64,000 bases of DNA from the IMG/VR virus record IMGVR_UViG_3300035703_000025, positions 1-64,000 of that record; one strand, given 5' to 3'. Under the pieces are notes generated by a model. That model was not told the origin of the DNA. It ran no database searches and saw nothing but the letters and a program-made list of their open reading frames with translations. Positions 58,406-64,000 of this stretch are shown here, one piece after another. The stretch comes from a virus. Position 1 is the stretch's first letter; every line of letters begins with the position of its first letter. The position numbers were made by a program, and so were the translations under genes.

Positions 58406-59381
58406 ACCCGCCAAAGTCAGCACTACATTTCTAATACTTGATCAAACTGAGTACTCTTCTGCAATCAAGCAGCTCGAAAAAGACTTAAAGGGCCTTGGTG
58501 CAATATCAAGATTGATGAAGAGGGCTGTTAGTGTAGCCGCAAAGAAAACAGCTGCGTTTTTAGCAGACAGATTTCGCCAACACGTTATTAATGACCCAAA
58601 TATAAAACAGGCAATGACTGACTTAGAGCTTAGAGGCGCGCTTGGTTTAAGAAAAGATACCAAGGTTGAAGATTTGATCTTTAAAAAATCTAGAGCCTTT
58701 TTTAAGGTCGAAATAAACCAAAACGGATCAGATGGCACAGTAAGATTCAAAAACCAAACAGACCTCGACAAGATAGCGTCTTCTATATTTTACATCTCAA
58801 AAAAAACATTCTTAAACCCGTATTCAGACACAAAGGTTAAAAAATCAACATCACAAAAAATTAATTGGTTTGAGTGGCTATTAAGGCCATCAACTGGTAA
58901 CATTCAGGGCTTTAGTGTTTGGCCTGGTGTAAACGGAAATGAAAAACTAAACCCGAAACTAGAACCGCTTAAAGACACAATCAAGGCAAATATAGCAAAG
59001 CGCTCTAGGAGCGGAACGCACACAATGCTTTTTGGTGGTTCTTTTTCTATAAAGTCTTGGGTAAAAAGAAAAAGAGACGTAGATATCGATAAAGAGTTTA
59101 TTAGAACAATTAATGATGATGCTCGTGATTATTTTCGTGTTGCTTTACGCGAGCAAGTGCTAAAATACGGAGCCTATAAAAAGGGAGAGATTTCAGAAGG
59201 TCGCGCTGGTCCAATTTCCCAAAGAGCATCAAAAGAAGCTAGCCCAGAGGCTAAGGCTTCAGCAAGGGAGCTTGCAGAGAAAATAGTAGAAGCCGCGCAA
59301 AGGGGAGAAAAAACATTTATGGGTAAACCAATACAGGATCTTTTAAAGATCGTTAGTCAGATAGGGGGTTTGAGAATTTAA
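58398..59381 (+). CDS. neck/tail-completion protein
   Basis: Basic protein; synteny. Confidence 0.5.
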   Translation: MAKPAKVSTTFLILDQTEYSSAIKQLEKDLKGLGAISRLMKRAVSVAAKKTAAFLADRFRQHVINDPNIKQAMTDLELRGALGLRKDTKVEDLIFKKSRAFFKVEINQNGSDGTVRFKNQTDLDKIASSIFYISKKTFLNPYSDTKVKKSTSQKINWFEWLLRPSTGNIQGFSVWPGVNGNEKLNPKLEPLKDTIKANIAKRSRSGTHTMLFGGSFSIKSWVKRKRDVDIDKEFIRTINDDARDYFRVALREQVLKYGAYKKGEISEGRAGPISQRASKEASPEAKASARELAEKIVEAAQRGEKTFMGKPIQDLLKIVSQIGGLRI

Positions 59382-60319
59382 TGTTTAGAAACTTAACATA
59401 CCTTGGCCAATACAGTAATCGTGCACAGATACGAGAAAATCTTACATGGAGATTACGTGAGGCTTTTATAAACATTGGCGCTTATTACAACATAGAATCT
59501 GGCGTAAAATCTTTTGACGGAAGCGAGATGGGTGTTTTAAAACCGTCTTACAGACCAGAGCTTCACAACTCTTCTGGATTTAAGTTTTGGCAAGGCCTTA
59601 GCTCTGATTGGGTCTGGGAAAACGCATCGCCAACTTACACTGGAGGTACAAATCCAATACAGGTAAGTGGTATATTTATTAATGATGTTTTTTATCCAAC
59701 AGGAACTACTGGAATTTACGAATACTACGTTGATTACGCAAGAGGCGGTATAGTTTTTGCTAACGCACTTACAGAAAGCGGGAACGTAATCTACTGCAAT
59801 AGATCTGAAAGGGCAATATTTGTATATCCAACAAAGTCTAGTCAATACAAAATGCTTTTTACGGAGCATCTTAAAAGGTTTGAAAACTATACCCCAGGAT
59901 CAGGGGTTGACTCTGTTCCAAATGAACTTAGATCATTTATGCCAGCTGTTTTTATTGATGTCTCACAGTCAAACGGGGATCCTTTCCAGCTTGGTGACAT
60001 AAATAAACTGCAAAACTTCAGCATTTCTCTTGATATTGTTTCTGAAGACCCAGGTCTTCACGACACTATTGTTGATGCAACGCTAGCCCTAGCTGGACAG
60101 GGCACAAAGATGTTTGACGTAAATAAAGCAATAGAAAACAGAAAATACCCTCTTGATCACAAGGGTCAAGTTGAAAATAGAATAAGTGCTGATCAAATGT
60201 ACGCACTGTATCCATGGAAAACTGGAAGATTTGATTATAATCCAACTGAAATAGAGGGTTATACCGCTCTTCCTATTTACAAATCTACTGTTGTGTTTGA
60301 TTTTGAAATAGTTACTTAA
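59381..60319 (+). CDS. tail terminator-like protein
   Basis: MPAVFID...PFQLG; precedes tail tube. Confidence 0.5.
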   Translation: MFRNLTYLGQYSNRAQIRENLTWRLREAFINIGAYYNIESGVKSFDGSEMGVLKPSYRPELHNSSGFKFWQGLSSDWVWENASPTYTGGTNPIQVSGIFINDVFYPTGTTGIYEYYVDYARGGIVFANALTESGNVIYCNRSERAIFVYPTKSSQYKMLFTEHLKRFENYTPGSGVDSVPNELRSFMPAVFIDVSQSNGDPFQLGDINKLQNFSISLDIVSEDPGLHDTIVDATLALAGQGTKMFDVNKAIENRKYPLDHKGQVENRISADQMYALYPWKTGRFDYNPTEIEGYTALPIYKSTVVFDFEIVT

Positions 60320-60351
60320 TTGTGTATTATCAAACGGAGACTAAAACTTAA

Positions 60352-61509
60352 ATGGCTGACAACAAAAGACTATATTACGCAGCATACGGGGTTGGTATTG
60401 CAAGAAATACTGCAACTGGCATAGTTGGCTATACAACTGGCTGGATTCCCGTAAGCGGCCTTCAAAGTGTTGGTATAGACACAAGCTTTAATCTAGATAC
60501 CGTTTTCCAACTTGGTGAGCTTGAGCTTTTTGATCAGCCAGAAAATCTTCCGGCTGTAGAATGCACAATGGAGCAAGTTCTCTGCGGCGCAACCCTGCTT
60601 TCTTCTCTTGGAACACAGGGTGCGACAACCGGTACTCTAGTTGGCCGCTTCTCTAACGAGCAGTGCAACATCGCCGTTGGCTTCTGGGAAGACACAGTTA
60701 CTGTAATGGGCACAGGAACTGGATACGCTGCACTACCAAGCGGTACTTGCATCATGAGCGGCATGTACGTAAACTCCATCAACTTTAATTTGCCCGTTGA
60801 CGGAAACTTCACCCATAGCGTCACCTTTGTTGGTAATAACAAGCTTTGGACGCTCGGAACAGGTGTAGCTGGTGGAGCAGCAACCGGATTTTTCAATCCA
60901 AACAACTTTGGCGCTGATATCGACTCCACTGGAGTTCGCAGAAGATACAACTGGAACCCAACTGGCTCAATTCTTCCACGAAGCCTTGCTGGTGTAAGAC
61001 CAATAGCAGCAGCGACTGGAACACTACCAGCTTCTGGCCAAAGCGCAACTGGTGAAGACGGTGGATACTTGCCAAGAATACAGTCCATACAGATTTCTAC
61101 AGACTTTGGTCGCCCAGAGATCTTCCAGCTCGGTCGTCGTGCTCCATATGCGCGTTACATTGACTTCCCAGTCGAAGTAACTACAACTTTTGAAATTATC
61201 AACCGCGCTGGCGATAGGGTGTCTGCGCTAGATAACACCGCAAACTTGACAAACGAGCCAATTATCATTGGTCTGAATGACGGCACTCTTTTTGATATGG
61301 GTCTTAAGAATAAGCTTACATCAGTTTCTGATACTGGTGGCGATACTGGTGGTGGTAACAGAACAACAACTTATACCTACACTAGCTACAACACCCTCTA
61401 CATTAGAGACCCCAAAGACATTGCTGGCGCAGCAATTACAGGCCAGCTGCTTTCGACTGGTGGAGCAAACGTTGGCGTTGCAGGCGCGTTCTCAGGACCA
61501 CCAACCTAA
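60352..61509 (+). CDS. major tail (tube) protein
   Basis: GLQSVG..T.FNL..VFQLG.LE; internal repeat IFQLGRR.PY.R; biased codons; terminator follows. Confidence 0.7.
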   Translation: MADNKRLYYAAYGVGIARNTATGIVGYTTGWIPVSGLQSVGIDTSFNLDTVFQLGELELFDQPENLPAVECTMEQVLCGATLLSSLGTQGATTGTLVGRFSNEQCNIAVGFWEDTVTVMGTGTGYAALPSGTCIMSGMYVNSINFNLPVDGNFTHSVTFVGNNKLWTLGTGVAGGAATGFFNPNNFGADIDSTGVRRRYNWNPTGSILPRSLAGVRPIAAATGTLPASGQSATGEDGGYLPRIQSIQISTDFGRPEIFQLGRRAPYARYIDFPVEVTTTFEIINRAGDRVSALDNTANLTNEPIIIGLNDGTLFDMGLKNKLTSVSDTGGDTGGGNRTTTYTYTSYNTLYIRDPKDIAGAAITGQLLSTGGANVGVAGAFSGPPT

Positions 61510-61530
61510 TCTTAGTTTTAGTACTAAAGA

Positions 61531-61560
61531 AAGACCCGACCGAAAGGCCGGGTTTTTTCT
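61531..61560 (+). terminator. intrinsic terminator
   Basis: ACCCG.CC-GAAA-GG.CGGGT + T-tract. Confidence 0.8.
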
Positions 61561-61571
61561 ATACTATACTA

Positions 61572-62609
61572 GTGATATCCGACTCCTTGGTTTACTCAAT
61601 AATATCCGGTGAATTTTGTATTCATTGCGGTGACAAACAATACGTATTTAGACAGCCAGGAATAATTACTTCTTCAAGGATTTATAACTCATCCAATATA
61701 AATGAAAACCGCTTCAAGAAAGACGGTTTTTTATCTAGTGAAGAAGAAAAAGAGCTGCTATACAAGCACGGCCTTTGGAGTGATGATTTAGAAAAAGAGT
61801 TTGAAAACACAAAAACAATAATAAGAGAAATAACTAAATCACTACCAGAATTTGAGTACAAGACGATAGAAAAAAACATGCTTGTCTCTAGAAAAAAAAT
61901 GGCAGAGACAAAGCTTAAAGAGCTTCTTGAATTAAAGATGTCTTTCTTTACGCAGACAATAGATTATCAACTGAAAAAATATCAAGCCTCTTCTATTTTG
62001 CCGTATTCAATATACTTTAATGGTGCGCTTTTGTGGAAAGACCAAAAAGAATTTGATGAAGAAATGAGTGCAGATTTAATTAATTGCCTTACTGGCGAAA
62101 TCCTTAAAGACTTCTACTCAGAGAAAGAAATACGAAAAATTGCTAGATCCGAGCCGTGGAGATCAATATGGAAAACATATAGTAATTCTGGCGGCGATTT
62201 ATTTGGTAGACCCCTTGCAGACATGGCTAAGTCGCAAAGGGATTTGACTTATTGGTCAAACATATACGATAATGTATTTGAGAGTCACGAAAGACCAGAT
62301 TGGTCAGTAATAGACGACGATGAGGCGCTAGACAAGTGGTTTGAAGAACAGTACAACAAAACAAACAAAAAGAAAACGGCATTTACAACAAACCCAAAAA
62401 TAGCAGCAGCAAAAGAAGTATTTATAGTTGCACAAACGCCCCAGGACGCACAAAAAGTGTATTCATCAATGAATACCCCTCTTGGTCTCGCTAGTATACA
62501 AAGCAGAAACAGGAAATTAGAGACGAAGGGGGCAATAAAGGAACATGAGCTGCCCGATGTGCAGGTTGATATTCAAATTCAACAGAACAACTTGAAGGTT
62601 AAAAAATGA
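61572..62609 (+). CDS. tail assembly protein
   Basis: Between tube and tape measure. Confidence 0.5.
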   Translation: MISDSLVYSIISGEFCIHCGDKQYVFRQPGIITSSRIYNSSNINENRFKKDGFLSSEEEKELLYKHGLWSDDLEKEFENTKTIIREITKSLPEFEYKTIEKNMLVSRKKMAETKLKELLELKMSFFTQTIDYQLKKYQASSILPYSIYFNGALLWKDQKEFDEEMSADLINCLTGEILKDFYSEKEIRKIARSEPWRSIWKTYSNSGGDLFGRPLADMAKSQRDLTYWSNIYDNVFESHERPDWSVIDDDEALDKWFEEQYNKTNKKKTAFTTNPKIAAAKEVFIVAQTPQDAQKVYSSMNTPLGLASIQSRNRKLETKGAIKEHELPDVQVDIQIQQNNLKVKK

Positions 62610-62983
62610 ATTACAAAGAGGCTCGTGAACGGCTTCGCTTAATACAACAGCAAAAACTCCAAGAGGTAAACGAGCAAAAGTGTTCAGAAATACTGCAAAA
62701 AATCGCTTGCTCAAGAATGGAAACCGTTTTTGTTGGCGCTGTTTCAAAAATAGAGCATTTCTTTGGTTCTCTTTGGGGTGAGCTAGAAGGCGTAGACGAA
62801 TCTAAGATGACATCAGATCAGAAAAAGTGGTTTAATAAATTTCTTGATCTACGAGAGGCAATATTTGACCAAGGCAACACTGAAAAAAACAGAATAACAA
62901 AAGACATTAATAACTTTAAAATTTCTCTAAAAGAAACTAAAATACAACTAGGACAACAAAATGGAAGAAGTAAGAAAATTTGA
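62606..62983 (+). CDS. hypothetical tail-region protein
   Basis: Coupled ORF. Confidence 0.55.
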   Translation: MNYKEARERLRLIQQQKLQEVNEQKCSEILQKIACSRMETVFVGAVSKIEHFFGSLWGELEGVDESKMTSDQKKWFNKFLDLREAIFDQGNTEKNRITKDINNFKISLKETKIQLGQQNGRSKKI

Positions 62984-63626
62984 ATTTGAAGGCGCGCATT
63001 ACAGAATAATTAAGCCCACCAACAAAATAAGAAGAGAAAGCGATGCGATATACGCGAGAGCTTATCGTGAAGCAATCGCAAACGGTCTTTTTTTAGAGGC
63101 AGAAGTTGAAAAAATACTTAAAGAGCGTGGGCTTGACAGATATTCTCGTGAAGGCGAGAGAAAAGAATCCCAAGCGAAAATAGATAGACTTCTGGATAAG
63201 CTTGAAAAAACTGAAAAGAAATCCGATGGAATGAAGATCGTAGAAGAAATACGATCAGAGCGTAAGGCTATGGACGAAGTTGACAGCGCAAGATATGAGT
63301 TAAACTCACAATCCGCGACACTGTTCGCTGAAAACAGAAGATTTAACTACTATGCTTTTGCCTGCTGCTCTAGAGAAGACGGCACAAAAATATGGTCATC
63401 CTTCAAGGAGTTTGAGGACGATGATTCGCCGCTCGCAAACAGAGCCGCCTCTGAAATAATGTCCTTTATCTATGAGGGTACACAAGAAATCCTGAGACAG
63501 ATTGAAAAGCTTAGACCTGAAAATGAATGGCTAGAAAAACACGGTGAAGAAACACAAAATCCACCAGTTGTAGATAAGGCCACTAGCGAAGAAAAACCAA
63601 AGAAGAAAAAGACCTCAGTAAAATAA
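62961..63626 (+). CDS. tail assembly chaperone-like protein
   Basis: Helical, upstream of tape measure. Confidence 0.5.
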   Translation: MEEVRKFEFEGAHYRIIKPTNKIRRESDAIYARAYREAIANGLFLEAEVEKILKERGLDRYSREGERKESQAKIDRLLDKLEKTEKKSDGMKIVEEIRSERKAMDEVDSARYELNSQSATLFAENRRFNYYAFACCSREDGTKIWSSFKEFEDDDSPLANRAASEIMSFIYEGTQEILRQIEKLRPENEWLEKHGEETQNPPVVDKATSEEKPKKKKTSVK

Positions 63627-63661
63627 GGCGACTCTAGTGTATTTAATCTAGAGGACGCAAA

Positions 63662-64000
63662 GTGGCAGAGGACTTCTTTTTAAGGTTTGGCGCGCTTGTC
63701 AACACAATTAATGTAAATAAGTCTGCTGTTTCGCAAGCGGCAAAGGCTATACAGAGCGCCCTTAATCAAAGGGCTGCTGTTGATGTTGCTGTAAATTTTA
63801 GCCCAGGAGACGCAACCGAGCTTTTTGGCCAGATATCAAAAGTAGCAGACCAGGCAAGAAAGATCATAAATGATCCGAAACTGAAAGTTGGCGCAGCTGG
63901 TTCAAGGGACGTAGAGGGTCTTTTCAAATCAGTTAACGCCCTTAAGGGCGCTTCTGCTGGCGCAAGAGAAGCGATAAGATTAATTCAGCTAAACCCAAAG
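63662..64000 (+). CDS. tape measure protein, N-terminus (truncated by window)
   Basis: GTG start after GTGTAT + GAGG; MAEDFFLRFGALVNTINVNKSAVSQAAKAIQ..., Ala-rich; open to window end. Confidence 0.55.
   Translation, partial: MAEDFFLRFGALVNTINVNKSAVSQAAKAIQSALNQRAAVDVAVNFSPGDATELFGQISKVADQARKIINDPKLKVGAAGSRDVEGLFKSVNALKGASAGAREAIRLIQLNPK

Noticed and set aside
1-64000. CRISPR array or DGR/retron
   Set aside because: No regularly spaced direct repeats and no reverse transcriptase seen. The ERDEARR repeats are coding and irregularly spaced.
1-64000. Stop-codon reassignment
   Set aside because: Conserved genes are full length under code 11, and TAA, TAG and TGA all end genes (e.g. gmd and terL end in TAG).

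Overview
64-kb segment of a large tailed dsDNA bacteriophage. It is siphovirus-like, since a tail tube and tape measure are present but no sheath was seen. A VPGP-type PEP-CTERM sorting signal and the gene content point to a PVC-group host, probably a planctomycete; this is inference. Bases 1-37140 are a leftward (minus-strand) arm of early/middle genes. It has many small ORFs, four canonical tRNAs plus two atypical tRNA/tRNA-like genes, a TrmH-type methylase, UvsE, a phosphoesterase, a deaminase, a C5 methylase, DUF932, rIIA/rIIB, GP88, a TraR/DksA finger, an ECF-like sigma and a stand-alone T7-type exonuclease. GC content rises steadily toward 37.1 kb and then collapses abruptly, which may mark the physical genome end. 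To the right lie a block of putative internal-virion proteins, including a lysozyme, and the late module: sigma-like factor, gmd, HNH, ERCC4 nuclease, terminase, portal, lysis-like pair, protease/scaffold, capsid, neck, tail tube, chaperones and the start of the tape measure. The most striking unexplained signals are: (1) a ~1.2-kb ORF-poor, densely paired element at 35.3-36.5 kb, a candidate giant ncRNA; (2) a ~10-member 'ERDEARRxxC...WDCF' cassette gene family, one member of which carries a ribonucleotide-reductase active-site peptide; (3) a shared N-terminal helix on about eight late proteins, a candidate capsid-targeting signal; (4) a GTGTAT late-promoter motif in about 18 copies; (5) an exact 10-mer (AAACTCCTCA on the minus strand) repeated six times, mostly at early-arm gene junctions. 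All calls come from motif reading by eye; no database search was run.
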